Assembly (NCBI RefSeq): GCF_963921235.1
Contig: NC_086109.1
Span: forward strand, 12,152,001 to 12,216,000
Length of the DNA: 64,000 nucleotides
Direction of reading: 5' to 3'
From: Mobula hypostoma
Lineage: Eukaryota
Part shown: one piece after another, positions 50,320 through 63,689 of the stretch
Numbering within the stretch: the stretch's first letter is position 1
How the letters are laid out: each line of letters starts with the position of its first letter
The notes under the pieces: generated by a model
What the model was told of the DNA's origin: nothing
What the model saw: the letters and a program-made list of their open reading frames with translations, nothing else
Database searches by the model: none
Position numbers and translations under genes: made by a program

Positions 50320-52456
50320 CCCCCCCCCCACTCAACATGCCCCCCGCAACTTTACTTTTCTCACTCATTTTGAGTTAGTACCTGTTTCCCTCTTTGAAAA
50401 GCAAAATCCTTTGCCCGTTCCCAATGCCACCTCGTACCTTTCTTAAATTGAGCGTTAAGCGGAGCCAGCAGCACGGCTGTGCGAGGTGAAACTCTGGCAT
50501 GAATGAATATATCCCCAAGGGTGCGGAGTTCATGGATACTATTTAGAGCTGGAGCTTTAAGAAAGGGGATAAGCTTTAGCGAAAACCCAGGTATTCTACA
50601 TGATCTGCCAGAATGGTGCATTTCTTGCGCACCATTTCATCGTAGACCAAGTTGTACCAGTCTGGAGAAGGTTTATCAAGATTATTCACGGGCCGACCCG
50701 GTAATGAGAATGTCATCCACGTAAGCTATTGCAGTGCGCAGGTCTTTAATGTACGAGTACGCTGCAATATTGCTGAAGATGAATTTATTCCGAACAGGAG
50801 CCTAGTGTACTGGAGCCTTTGTGCCTTGCAACAGGAGTGAGGCTCTGAAGCTGTTCTTCCAGCTCGAGCTGGAAGTACGAGGTCAAGTTTAGTGAAGATA
50901 TTTCCGCCTCCTGGTTTTGCACAGGTGTCTTCTATTTTTTGGAATCGGGTACGTCTCAGTCGGTGACCTTGTACTCTCGACATATTCACGCATCAGCGGT
51001 TGCTATTGTGAAAATCTCACAAGATCAATGGTCCCGTTTACTTGCAATCGCGTCTGCTTCGCCTCGGCTATGGGGCGAAGCATGGATGGCAAGGAACGTG
51101 CCTTGAAGAACGTTGGTTTGGCTGTACCTGATCTGGAACACGTACTTTGGTACCCTTAAGCTTACCTTAATCAGGATTGCTGAAAAATATTTTTTCCGCT
51201 TAACCAATATGCCGGTTTTCATCTGATACAGACCTGGGACAGGCACTTGTTCTAGCCAATCGCACACGAGTAAATTCACTCCTTCTCGCTTACTGATATG
51301 CACTAGTAGTTGGTGCCATTGATTTTCACACTCAAGAACCCTGCCACAACCAAACTGCTGTAACTGCTCCCCAGTGTAAATCTTAAGTGTAATGCGGTGT
51401 CTTCAGAGTCAGACCCAAACATGTCTACCTATATCTTCTCACTGCATATAGTAATATCACAGTCAGTGCCGAGCTCCAAGGGAATGGGTCTGACATTAAT
51501 ACTATCCCTGAAGGGAGAACTGGCCCTAGAACATCTGAGTACATTACGGAAGTTTCTGGCTCCGTAATCGCGTACTGTGCAGCTGTGGAAGGTTCTGATT
51601 TAGGTGGAGGCAGAGATCGGCAAACTTTTGTCCGTTCTTTTGGCAGATATAACAAATGGAATCTCAGTGTCGACAGTCTGTAGGCTTCAGGTGATATTCA
51701 CCGTAACGGTAACATCGGAAACCCGGAATATGATTCCCTTTTTTTCCTGAGCTAGAAGACTTTGTTAATGTCAGTATAATCTGCGGCACTTGTAGGTGAT
51801 GTACTTTGCACCGTTGCAACAAAAACTGCATTATTAACTGCTGCCTGCATACCATTTGCCAGGTCAAAAGGTGACTTAAGTTCGAGCTCTGATTCTGCCA
51901 TTAGGCGACATGCGATGCGAACATCATGCACGCCGACGACCATGCAATCCCATATCATATCTTCTGGAACAGCTCCAAAAATCACAAAATTCAGTCAGTT
52001 TTCTTAATTCAGCAACAAACTTTGCTACTGATTCATTTTCTAACTGAATACGATTGTTGAATCTAAAGCGATCCACAACACTGATGATTCAGGATTGTAA
52101 TGAGGCCCACTTGATCGCACAAGTTCCTCGTCAGACTTTGAAGGTCCAAAAGTTCCACGTCAACAATTCAGAGGTATTGCAAATCACAGTATTCCTCAAC
52201 TTTTCCAATTAAACCCCTTGTTCAAATGCGAACATGTATTCTAGAACAGGGAGTGTCACATATTTAGTCCTTGTCGCCACTGTTACAACTATAGAACGCT
52301 TAGCGTGTCCGGTGCAGCCGAATTGATCTGCCTGACTTGTCAACACCTGGAAACAATGAACATGTTCACACGCACAGAATTAGTAGGTCAAACATGACTC
52401 GATAGATGAACAAGACCGGGATATCGACCAATTACGTGATGTCCATCTTCAACACA
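50320..52456 (-). mobile_element. Decayed Gypsy element (5' LTR, PBS, gag, protease, RT; integrase and 3' LTR lost)
   Basis: LTR TGTTAC(52281)..AACACA(52456); PBS TGGCGACAAGG on minus; gag-like DCMVVGVHDVRIACRLMAE; RT-like KPGGGNIFTKLDL and YTRLLFGI; G-run PPT at ~50320..50330. Confidence 0.7.
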
Positions 52457-52459
52457 ATA

Positions 52460-53830
52460 ATTTGAAGTACACCCATCTCCAAACTCCTAGATATGGGGGA
52501 CATCACCTCCATTTGCAATTGGATCCTTCACTTAATGGCCAACAAACCACAATCTGTAATGACAGGCAGCAACACTGCCACCAAGATTATTCTCTAAACT
52601 GGTTCCCCGAAAGGTTATGTCCTCAGCCCCTTATTCTACTCCCAACACACTTATGACTGTGGTGGCAGATTCAAACCTAACTCCAACCATACCTTTTCCT
52701 AGTGGGTACTAACTCAATAAACAATGAGGTGGAGTAGTGGAAGCACAGTGACATTGTGACAATAAACTTTCCCTCAGAATTAGGAAAAAGGAGCTGGTTA
52801 TTGACTTCAGGAAGGGGCTGGTGCACTTGCGCTTGTTTACATCAGTAGTCCTGAGATTGAGTGAGTTGAGGGCTGCAAGAAATACAGAGGAAGTTTGACA
52901 CAAAAGCAGAGCAGAGGGAATGATTTACAGTGAACAATAAGTTCATTAATGGACCACAAAATAACAATTGGTTAGGGGGCAAAAACAAAAGAGAACAGAA
53001 AATAAACACAACAGGAAACAAAGAAAACTTCATGCTGGGAGAGTGAAGGCCAGGAACAATTGGTTAAGGCCAGCTGGATTGATGAATGAACAAGGACTGT
53101 GGATGCAACTGGGTTCAATAGGCTGCAGGTGATTAGTCTGGAGTGAGCAACAGATGAAAACTATTAGCTGGCTGGAGACTGGGAGGTGTCTGCGTGTGCA
53201 TGCTGAGAGTGGTCTGAGGGAACAGTCCTGACACCTAGGTGTGAATATCACCAACAGTCTGTCCTTGTCCAACCACATTGATGCCACTGCCAAATAATAT
53301 GACCCATGCATGTACTTCCTCAGGAAGCAAAGAAATTTGGCATGTCAGCTTTAACCATCCCCAATTCTTATCAATGCATCGTGGTTGTCATTGCAAATGC
53401 TCTGCCCTTGACCACAGATAATGCTGAGAATTGTGAACGTACCTCAGTACATCATGAAGAATGACCAACCCTCCAAGGACTCTGTCTGTGCTTTTTGCTG
53501 CCTCAAAAAAGCAGCCAGCAGAATCAAAGACCCCACACACCCTAGGCATTCTCTCTTCTCCCCACCCCCATCAGGCAGAAGATCTAAGAGACTGAAAACA
53601 CACAATACCCTCTCAGGGCTTCTATCCTCCTTTTATAGTACTATTGAATAATCATCTATTACAAAAAGATGGGCAATTGACTTCACAAATTACTTCATAA
53701 ATTTCATCTTACTGTCTCCCTGTTCTGTACCTTCTCTGAAACTGTAACACTTTATTTTGCATTTGTTATTGTTTTCCCTTGTATTACCTCAATGCACTGT
53801 TGTAATGAATTGATGTCTATGGCTGGCATG
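52460..53830 (+). mobile_element. Rex1/L2-like RT relic
   Basis: Degenerate SKL.D.G....CNWIL, TG.P.GYVLSPLF, KELVIDFRK and LGVNITN.LS.S.HID motifs; interrupted at ~52874..53234. Confidence 0.65.
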
Positions 53831-53903
53831 CAAGACTATCTTCTTTTTACTGTACTTCAGTAGATATAATAATTCTATTTGCTAATTTACTGGTTCACAA
53901 GGC

Positions 53904-55352
53904 TGTCACAAAGGTGGGGGCTTTAGGAGCAAGGGTGGACCGAAATGCAAGACACATCTTGTGAGGTTAATTAAATTTAGTTTATCGTTTGATATCAGGA
54001 GAGCTAGACAGGAGCAGGAGTAGCGAACTGGACAAGGACTGAGGACTACGACTAGGCTGGGACCAAGGGTCTAGGCGAGGACTCGGAATCGGCTCCCAGA
54101 CTAGGGGAGACATGAAGAGGCTAGGGTATGGACTCCGAGCCCGAGACTGGGCAAGGACCCAGTACCTGGGTCTTGCCTCGGGCTCGGACGCCAGAACCAG
54201 GCATGGACACGACATGGGCTAAGGAGAGAAGGAACATGGAAACACAGAGCCTCGGTCTCGGGGAGCAGGTACATGGAACCATGGACACATACAAAGAAAA
54301 CAGAGTCGGGACCCCTCCTTGGGTACAGGACATAGGGCCGGGACTCACACACAGAACAGAGAGCCGGGACCCCTCCTTGGGTACAGGACATAGGGCCAGG
54401 ACTCGCACACAGATCAGAGAGCCGGGACCCTTCCTTGGGTACAGGACATAGGGCCAAGACTCATGACCCTTCGCGGGGCAACGGCAAGACGGCCTGACTT
54501 ACCCCACGGAGGCAAGGACAGGACAAAACAAGACATGACTCCCCGTGGGGCAACGGCAAGACAGCCAGACTTACCCCAGGGAGGCAAGGACCAGACAAGA
54601 CAAGACATGACTCCCCGCGGGGCAACGGCAAGACAGCCAGACTCACCCCCACGGAGGCGAGGACCAGACAAGACAAGACATGACCCCCCGTGGGGCAACG
54701 GCAAGATGGCCTGACTTACCCCATGGAGGCGAGGAAAAGACAAGACAAGACCAACACGAATGAACACCAGACAGTACCTATCTAGCTCTGGCAATGGAAC
54801 TAGACCGAAGTGCAGGCAGGGGCTGCAGACGAGGGCTAGAGGCAAGAGGGGCAGAGAAGGGATTCAGACAAGGGGGTAGGCCAGGAATCACAGACCGCCA
54901 GGGCCAGGGCTTGACTCAGAACCGGGAAGCCGCCCAGAGCCAGGACTTGACATGGAGCCTCCGGGTAGTGGCGAGCTCTCGACTCGGCCCGGGAACAGAT
55001 GACAGTGGTTCTTGATTCGCTCTGGCGGGTTAACTGACGGACCCACTTTGATGAGGAAACTTTGCAGGGTCATTTCAGCGAGGTAACTGGACTGGGTTGC
55101 TCCGGTGAGGAAGGGCGAATTACCGGCACTCGCTTCGGCAGAGACTAGGCTTGCTCCGGCCAGATAACATTGGCACACCGTGACTTTGCAGTCGCTCCCA
55201 CACCGAGCTGGAGACTACAAACTACCAGTTCAGCCAAGTGTTAATTGCCTCTAATCACCAAAGTCGAGGGACATGGGAAAACAGGGAATCAACAGTTCGG
55301 ATTGTAACATAAACAAGCTAAATTTAAAGGGACCCCGATCCGGACCATGACA
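53904..55352 (+). mobile_element. Solo-LTR-like element with ~60-bp tandem arrays
   Basis: TGTCACA...ATGACA termini; TSD AAGGC/AAGAC; arrays at ~54300..54450 and ~54460..54750. Confidence 0.8.
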
Positions 55353-55369
55353 AAGACATGATTGTGGTT

Positions 55370-56760
55370 ACATAAGAACATAAGAAATGGGAGCAGGAGT
55401 CGGCCATCTGGCCAATCGAGCCTGTTCTGCCATTCAATAAGATCATGGCTGATCTGGCCATGGACTCATCTCCACCTACCTGCCTTTTCCCAATAACCCT
55501 CTAATCCGCTGCTTTGCAAAAATCTATCCAACCTTGCCTTAAATATATTTTCTGGTTAAACCTCTTGAAATAATGTATGTGTTGTGTTGGTCTTCATTAT
55601 TTAGGAGATTGAGTTTAAAAGCCATTAGATATTGTAGCAATTCTATAAAACCCTGGTTAGACCAGGCTTGGAGTACTGCATTCCATTCTGCTCATCTCAT
55701 TATAAGAGGGATGTGAAAACTTTAGAGAGGTTCCAGAGGAGACTCTCTTGTTCAACCAAAGACCAATATTTGTACAGCTGGAGCAAATTGATAATCATTG
55801 GATAAACAGCTCAAAGGTCAATTAACAATTGAAGAGAAAGATGGATTTTGAGTAAAATGAGAGAGTTGGACCTTACAATCGTCAATGTGGTGTGACATTC
55901 TCAAAAGGAGAGAATCTTGATGCTGTTTGTGAGCCCTGCCCCAAACTCAGGTTTTCACCTGCTGTGGATTCAGGTGAGATATTCTTTGCTTCAATGACCA
56001 TCGAGAGGTTTACTGATCGTATAGACAGATATAGAATCATGAAAGGCATAGAAATAATAAATCACACAATCATTTTATCAAGGATTGTCATGCCTAATGA
56101 ACCTTTTAGAGTCTTGAATGCTGTCTACTTGGACCTTAACAAGGCTTTCAACAAGGCTCCATAAAGGAACCCGATCAGGAAAGCTGGGCCTCTTGGAATC
56201 CAGAGAGAGATAGCAAGGAGGAATCAAACTGGGCTTGAAGTGACTCGTGTCATGCCACAGGGATCAGTGTCAGGGCCATTGTTATTCCTTGTTTATAGCA
56301 ATTATTTGGATGCAAATGTGCAAGTAAGTCTGTGAAGAGCAGAAAATTAGGAGATGTTATTGACAGTGGAGAAGGTAAGTGTAGATTATAGGAGTATCTT
56401 GGTCAGTTAGGGAAGTTGAATAAGTAGTTGCAAATGGATTTCAATACACTGATTGTGTTTGATAATGAATTTTGGAAAGGTAAGCCACCATTGGACTTAT
56501 ACTATGAATGATATGGTGCATGGGTGCTTAATGCAACAGAGTGACCTTGGACCACAAGTGCACAGTTCTTTTAAAACAATGACAGAGATGGTGAAACAAA
56601 TGTCCAGCGCACCGGCCTTCATCTGTCAGAAGATTAGGGGACATTGAGTTAGAGGGACAGGTTGGCCAGGTTAGATCATTATTCCTCAGAATGCAAGAAA
56701 ATGAGGAGTGACCTTATAGAAGGACTTAAAATTATGGGAGGCATAGAAAAGGTGTACACC
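55370..56760. mobile_element. CR1 fragments (3' end on -, RT pieces on +)
   Basis: CATAAGAACATAAGAAAT tail; AVYLDLNKAF.K and PQGSVSGPLLF motifs. Confidence 0.7.
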
Positions 56761-56817
56761 ATACCTTACAATGAATAGAGGCTTAATTCACTTTTAGAGT
56801 CAGAGCCCCACAAATTA

Positions 56818-57808
56818 CACTGGAAAACATTTTTTTTCATAAGTGTTACTTCCTCAGAATTTTTTTTGTTTATGATAGACTGCTTGAAGATGAACACAAA
56901 TATAATTTCAGACTACTTGTATCACGTAGGAATTTGGAGAAACAACAAATTACTTTTATTGAATATAATGTGTTTAATTGCATAATGGTGCTGATGCTTT
57001 GCAATAGTTCAACTAAGTTAAAAGTATTTTGTTAATGATTTTCATTTGTACTTAGTGTCTGAGGCTTCTTGCTTAAGTATCCAACAATAATTTACCAGCA
57101 TTGATGGATTCCAGTTGCCCTGGTATCTTTTCTCCATGACCACAATGTCCTGGTGAAACCTTTCACCATGCTCGTCACTAACAGCACCAGGATTTGCAGG
57201 GAAGACATCTAAATGGGAATGCAGAAAATGAATCTTTAGTGACATGTTGCATTTCATGGTTTTATATGCTTGAAGCATGCTTTCGACCTGCTACATGTAG
57301 TTTGGTACTCTGTAGTTGCTGAGAAAAATTTCAACAACTTCCTTGAATGCCTTCCATGTGATTTTCTCCGGTCCCACTAGAAATTCTTCAAATTGCCTGT
57401 CTGATTTGTGGACCAACAAAAATACTTCCCTTAATCTTGGCACCAGTTATTCTGCGAAGCATCTGTCTCAAATATCAAAAACCTTCATAGAAATTGTTGT
57501 GTCTGGTGACAGCAAATTCCATTCTTACAGTCCTGAACCCAATAATTATTACTAAAACGTGTCCTGCCATGCAGCTGCCGTGCTGCCTAAGCATGCCCAA
57601 GCGTGCCTGGACAAGATAGGAAATTCTCTAGCTTACATTGTAGGCAACATTTTAATTGACTCGAATTATGAATTGAAATAATAAACATGAGTTTATTAAA
57701 AAATGGTGCGTGATAGGGAAATTTCATTGTGATTTTCATGATCAGTAGCTCAAAGTTCATAAGATACATCAAAAGGTATTCAGGAAGCAAAATCTTTGGT
57801 GTCCATTG
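56818..57808 (-). mobile_element. Internally deleted DNA transposon, Chapaev3-like
   Basis: SLKIHFLHSHLD.FP.N.GAVSDEHGERFHQDI...RYQG.W...ML..YCW and KIK..IFVGPQIR motifs; termini CACTGGAAAACA / TGGTGTCCATTG. Confidence 0.65.
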
Positions 57809-58754
57809 GATTATGACCAATCCGTTACTACAGGCCGGATAATCCATAATAACCATCCGGTAATAATAATACAGGATAAACAAGCAACATCATCTTATTT
57901 AATAGATATAGCCATTTCAAACACACATAACATACAGAAATCAAGTGAAAAATGCCAGAAATATGCTGAACTAAAAGAAGAAATTGAATAACTTTGGAAC
58001 ATTAACCTGTATACATTGTCCCCATAGTAATATCCAGATCTGGTTCCATCCCAAAGACATCCCAATAGCATTAAACAATTAGGGCTACTCACCAGTATCT
58101 ATGTAAATCTTCAGAAAGTCACAATACTCAACACCAGTAGAATAGTTTGAAAGTTCCTAGCAATTGAGAAATGAGTACGTTTGGCTATTCCTGTACCTTA
58201 GGTTTTACCAGCTTGAGCCAAGAAAAAAATAATTAATAATAATAATAATGGATCCTGCAGCAATTTAACTCAATCTGATTACTTACATGGGCACAATCAA
58301 CTGGCAAACATCATTCGCCAAAACTTTGCTTTAAAACACAAACTCATAAAATACATCATAACTTACTCTCCATTCAAACCTTATCCAGTTTTGGTGTCAA
58401 AGTCCAATAAATTATATTACAACCGATCCATTATTACAGATTGGATAATCCGTAATAACTGTCCAGATATAATATTACAGTATAAGTGAAAAGCACAAAT
58501 AAACAGATAGAGCCACCTAAAACACAGACAACATACAGAAATAAGTTGGTGAAAAATAAGAGAAATATACTGAATTAAGAGAGCAAATTGAAGGACTATG
58601 GAACAGGAACAGGATTTTCATTGGCCAAGAGCTAATATCTGCACCACTAAAATAGTCTGAAAGCTCCTAACAATTGAGAAATAAATGTGTTTGGCTCTGG
58701 CCGAGCCTCAGCTTTTACCAGCTTGAGCTGCGAAAAAAAATTAAAAGATAATAA
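57809..58754 (+). mobile_element. Two tandem 3' fragments of an RLE-type non-LTR retrotransposon (R4/Dong-like)
   Basis: IHNN.P.IIIQDKQ...YLIDIA...KCQKYAEL restriction-like endonuclease motif twice; both end TTTTACCAGCTTGAGC plus A/(AAT)n tail. Confidence 0.7.
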
Positions 58755-59179
58755 GAGGAACTCTGCTGGTTAGCGTTGACCATGAAGGTTATGTCCCAGC
58801 TGTCTACGTGATAAGCAAGCTAGTACAATATGAAAAGCAAACTGTTGCCCCTGTACCAGGCTCCCACTCTCCACGCGGCTGATGATTCCAAAGGAACGGC
58901 AGGGACAGATGCAGTTTGGCACCAGTGACATCACAGGAGTTGCCATTCAGCATTGAACTCGATGTAGGACTGGAATAGGGACTCCAGCTCCAGATACTCC
59001 CCAAGCCTTACAGATGAGCAGGTGTAGCTGCAGGGCAGCAGAGGTTTGAGCAGTGGAGTCTTCCAGAGGAAGTGATTGAGACAGGTACAAAAGTGCTATT
59101 TAAAAAACACTTGGATAGATACATGAAGGGGCAGAGCTCAGAGAGATGTGGGCTGAATGTAGGAAACCAGAATCAGAAT

Positions 59180-60000
59180 CAGGTTTAATATCACTGCCCT
59201 ATGTTGTGAAATTTGTTTTGCTTCAGAGGTACATTGATATACATAATAATAAAAAGGTAAATGACAATAAGTACATATATGAAAAATTAAATTAAATAAG
59301 TAATGCAGAAAGAGAGGAATAAATAGTGAGGTGGTGTTCATGGGTTCACTGTCAATTCACCAATCTGCTGGTGGAGGGGTTGAAGCTGCTTCTGAAACAT
59401 TGAGTGTGTGTCTTCAGGCTTCTGTATCTCCTCCTCCTCCTCCTTGGTAGCAATGAGGAGAGGACCTGTCCTGGGTAAGGGGAGGTCTTCAATGCCTTTC
59501 TGAGGCATTGCCTTTTGAAAGAGTCCTCAATGCTGGGCAGACTAGTGCCCATGATGGAGCTGGCTGAGTTACAACTTTCTACAGATTTTTCTGATCCTGT
59601 GCAGTGGCCCCTCTGTACCAGACAGTGCTGCAACCAGTTAGAATGCTCTCCACAGTACATCTGCAGAAATCTGTGTGACATTGACGATATATCAAGTCCC
59701 CTCAAACTTTTAATGAAATATAGCCACTGTCGTGCCTCCTTTGTAATTGCATCAGTATGTTAGGCCCAGGATAGATCTTCAGAAATGTTGGCACTGAGGA
59801 ACTTGAAACTGCTCACCCTTTCCCCTGCCGATCCCTCGCTGTGCACTGGTGTGCGTTCACTAGACTTTCCCTTCCTGAATTGGGACCAGCTGGGGGGCCC
59901 TGTGGTCGGCATGGAGAGACTGGGCCGAAAGGCCTTTATCTGCGCTGTATTGCTCTGTAACTCTACGAGATCATTGTGAGTGCTGAACTGAGCCACATGG
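59180..60000 (-). mobile_element. Rex1/L2-like LINE 3' fragments
   Basis: RFLQMYCGEHSNWL...PSIED.FKRQCLRKA...RRYRSLKTHTQ.FRSSF and VSSFKFL..NISEDLSW. Confidence 0.7.
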
Positions 60001-60479
60001 ACACCGAACATGTGAGATACGAAAGAACTTTATTCAGCACAGCAGATCGAGAGAATCGGTTTCTGCTCACTCCACACACAACAATACAGGGATGTTTTAT
60101 ACTTTGTAAATAAAAAGACAACAATCAGTGATTAAATGCATTCAAATAGTTATTGTTACTTAATCCTTAACTTTAACTGTTGAAAATAGACAGGCAACAT
60201 TTGAAGAATTGCATATTTACAGCGGGAGAACATGCCAAATGATCAGCACATCTGAATTTTAATATACTTGTGGCTGGTCCAGGAGTTTCTGACCATAAAC
60301 ACCCGGCAGCCAAAATATGTATCTTTTGTTGCAGAGTTGAGCGATGACCCCCAACTACACAAATACAAGTATATACCTTTAAAACTGTGTTAATACAGGA
60401 TATGGCCACTTAATGGCTCCTCTGATCTTATCCTGAAGGCTTCATTAAACACAAGATAACATCACCGTTCATCTATTGT

Positions 60480-60932
60480 CTCACCCTAGGGTGGTATAGA
60501 ATCAGATGAGGCCAACACCTTATATTCCATCTGGGTAGCCTCCAACCTAATGGCATGAAGATCGGTTTCTTCTTATGGTTAATAAAATTCACTCCCCCCC
60601 CTTCTTGTTCTATTCCCCACCCTGGCCCCTTACTTCTTCTGACCTGCCTATCACCTCTCTCTGGGTCCCCTCCCTCTTCCCTTTCTCCTATGGTCCACTC
60701 TCCTCTCCCATCAAATTCCTTCTTCTCCAGCTCCTTATTTTTCCAACCCATCTGGTTTCCACTCTCACCTTCCAGCTATCCCCTTTCCCTCCCTGCTCCT
60801 TGTTATTCTGGCTTCTTCTCCCTTCCTTTCCAGCCCTGATGAGGGGTCTCAGGCCCAAACATCGACTGTTCATTCACTCCCATGGATGCTGCCTGACCTG
60901 CTGAGTTCCTCCTCCATTTTGTGTGTGTTGCT
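60480..60932 (+). mobile_element. Penelope-like element 3' end (endonuclease C-terminus, pyrimidine-rich UTR, terminal repeat)
   Basis: HLIFHLGSLQPNGMKIGF motif, CT-rich tract, degenerate CTGATGAGGGGTCTCAGGCCC hammerhead repeat. Confidence 0.8.
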
Positions 60933-61049
60933 TTAGAATCAGAATATCCCACACTCATGATTGGTTTCAATAGCCTTAGACTATTAGCGGATTACATTGT
61001 ATTTCAGGAAGCCTTGTTCTCATTTTTAATTAATACCAATTATCCCTAT

Positions 61050-62030
61050 GATCTCATAGGTCCTGGAACATACATGGCAGTGAAGAAAATGATTGATAAA
61101 TGGAGAGCAGTTGATGTTGTAGACATGAACTTTTGTAAACCATTTGACATGGTCCCTCATATTATGCTGGTCCTGAAAATTAATTTACACAGGATCCATA
61201 GTGAGTTTGTAAGTTAGAAACAAAATTGGCATGTTGATAGACAACTGAGGCCAATGGCGGAGGAGTGATTATGTGACACGAGGCCCATGACCAGTGGAGC
61301 TCTGCAAGGTTCAGTGCCTGGACTTCGGTTAGTTGTAATAGATATAAATGATTTGCATAAAAATATAAGTACTTTTGTAGACAAAACAAAATTGTAGGAG
61401 CTGTGGATAGTGAGGAATGTGGTCAAAGGATACAGCAGGATATAGATTAGCTGGGTGTTTGGTCAGAGAAAGACAGGTAGACTTCAAATCACACAAGCAT
61501 GAGGTATTGCATTTTGGGAGGTCAAATGCGAGATAACATTATGTAGTTACTGGCAGGACAATTTGGAGCACTGATCCACAATGGGATCATGACATGCAAG
61601 TCCACAGCTCCTGAGAGTAACAGTGCAGGTGAATGGGACAGTAAAGGCAATGTATGGCATGCTTGCCAGCATTGAGTATGAAAGTTGGCAGTTATGTTGC
61701 AACTGTATAAAACTTTGGCAACATTTGGAGTAATTGTGTGTAGTTTTCATCTCTACTCTATAATGTGGAGGCTTCAGAGATGGTGCAGTAAAGGTTAACC
61801 ATGATTTGGATTGGATTAGAGTATAATAGCTATATGGAGACCTTGAACAAATTTGGAGTATCAGAGTATGAGGGTGACATATTGGAAGGGTATAAAATTA
61901 TGAAAAGCATAGACGGGGGAGTTATTCATAGTTCCCTGGGTAAAAGTATAAAAACCAAAGGACTTGCATCTAAGGTGATCAGGGGAAATACTTGAAGGAG
62001 ATTTAAGAGGCAATTTTTATACAGGAAGTG
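61050..62030 (+). mobile_element. Decayed CR1 RT
   Basis: RAVDVVDMNFCKPFDMVPH motif and downstream RT/3' signatures. Confidence 0.75.
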
Positions 62031-63689
62031 CATTATTATTATTACAAACTTTATTATTAGTTAAATCTGCTCACTGCTAAGTGTATTTTTCAATGTTGGT
62101 CTGGATGCAATCTCACCACAGCTCTATGTAGTTGGAACATGATAACCACTCTGTTAATATTTAAATATATGAAAGAAATTGTGATTGAGGAAGGGGTGGT
62201 GGGAGTGGAGTGTCAGGGTGGATATTGTACCCTGAGGGGAAAGAGCTTTTTGACATTTGCAGAGATGATCTAGCCTCCAAGAGGACCAAAAACTTGTTAT
62301 AGTTTGGAGGCTTGGGTGCCTCAGTGACCCAGAGAGCTATTTTGGCTGGCTTCAAGCATTATGCTTCAGTTCTTGGTCTGGTCACCTTGCCAAACAGGTT
62401 AAAGGGTAGAGGCCAGGCCAAGTGTGGTTCACAGATCCTCTAATTTTGGGGTTCAGTTCAGGGCTAAGAACTGTGACAGGTAAAACAACTCTGTTGTGGA
62501 AACAGCAGTGAAGAATCATTCTGCATCTGAGTGTGATGGTATTCCTGAGTCTCAACCCAGGATTTGCATGACTAACAGTTGTGAAAACTGAGAGGAAGCT
62601 ACTGACGTGATGAAGGAGGCACCGAACACCACCAGAGATGGAGGACCCTCATTGTTGCCCCAGACGCCAGTGGCGTAACAGAGATGATCTAGAGTCAGGC
62701 CCTCATTTCCAATTGGTCATACTTACTGATGAAGGGGAGCTGGAAAGTGGGGCGTATGGAAGAAACAGTTCAGAAAAAAAGCTTGACAAAGTAATTAAGT
62801 GGATTGATTAAGGCAGAAGAATTATGCTCAGTGGCCACTTTATTAGGTACACCTCAGCTCATAAATGCAAATAACCAATCAGCCGATCATATGGCAACAT
62901 CTCAATGCATAAAAACATGCAGATATGATTAAGAGGTTCAGTGTTGTTCAGACGAATTGAGAAGAAATGTGACATCAGTGATAAACCAAAAAAAATCTAG
63001 TGAACGTCAGTTCTGTGCGCGCAAATGCTTGATAATGAGAGATAATGTGCTGGTTTGACGCCACTCACTGGCAGAAAGCGGTATTGCAGTTAAAAGATTA
63101 TATCACCTTCCTGATTTTTCATTGGCTAAGTATCAGCCCATTACCCACGAGATGTAATTATTTTAATTATGTAGCCTATTAACTGATTTATTGCTGTGGA
63201 AGGAACTTTCCTAATCTTAACTTTAAAAGTAATATATTTTCAGATGTGCCATCTTTTTGTCTTCACATTCGCTGCTGTTCATTTACTTCTTAGGTCTTTA
63301 TTTAGCTTGCTTAGTATTTGTGTGCTTGTTTGTACTTTAAAATAAATGATCATTAGAATTAAGACTGTCCAACATTCCCGATTCCTGGAAGAACCGGAAG
63401 GATCAGTAAATAAATAAAGGCTCAATCGAGGACAATGGCCGGTTTGGTTCGAGCTGACAGAAAGGTGATAGTGACTCAAATAAACATACGTTACGACAGT
63501 GGTGTGCAGAAGAATACCTTTCAATGCACGACATGCCAACACGCATTGTTTTATGCATCAAGTTGCTGTCAGAAGAATGGCTGATTAGATATTTGCATTA
63601 ACAAACAGGTGTACAACTGTACTTAATAAAGTGGCCTCTGAGTGTAACTGTTTTGCCTTAAATCGATCCACATAATGACTTTACCAAGC

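Noticed and set aside
54460-54750. Regularly spaced repeats superficially like a CRISPR array
   Set aside because: Whole ~60-bp units repeat with no unique spacers, the context is eukaryotic, and there are no cas genes.
1-62030. Apparent switch in LINE orientation (mostly minus left of ~34 kb, mostly plus to the right)
   Set aside because: Few elements and several exceptions on each side; cannot be distinguished from chance without a count-based test.
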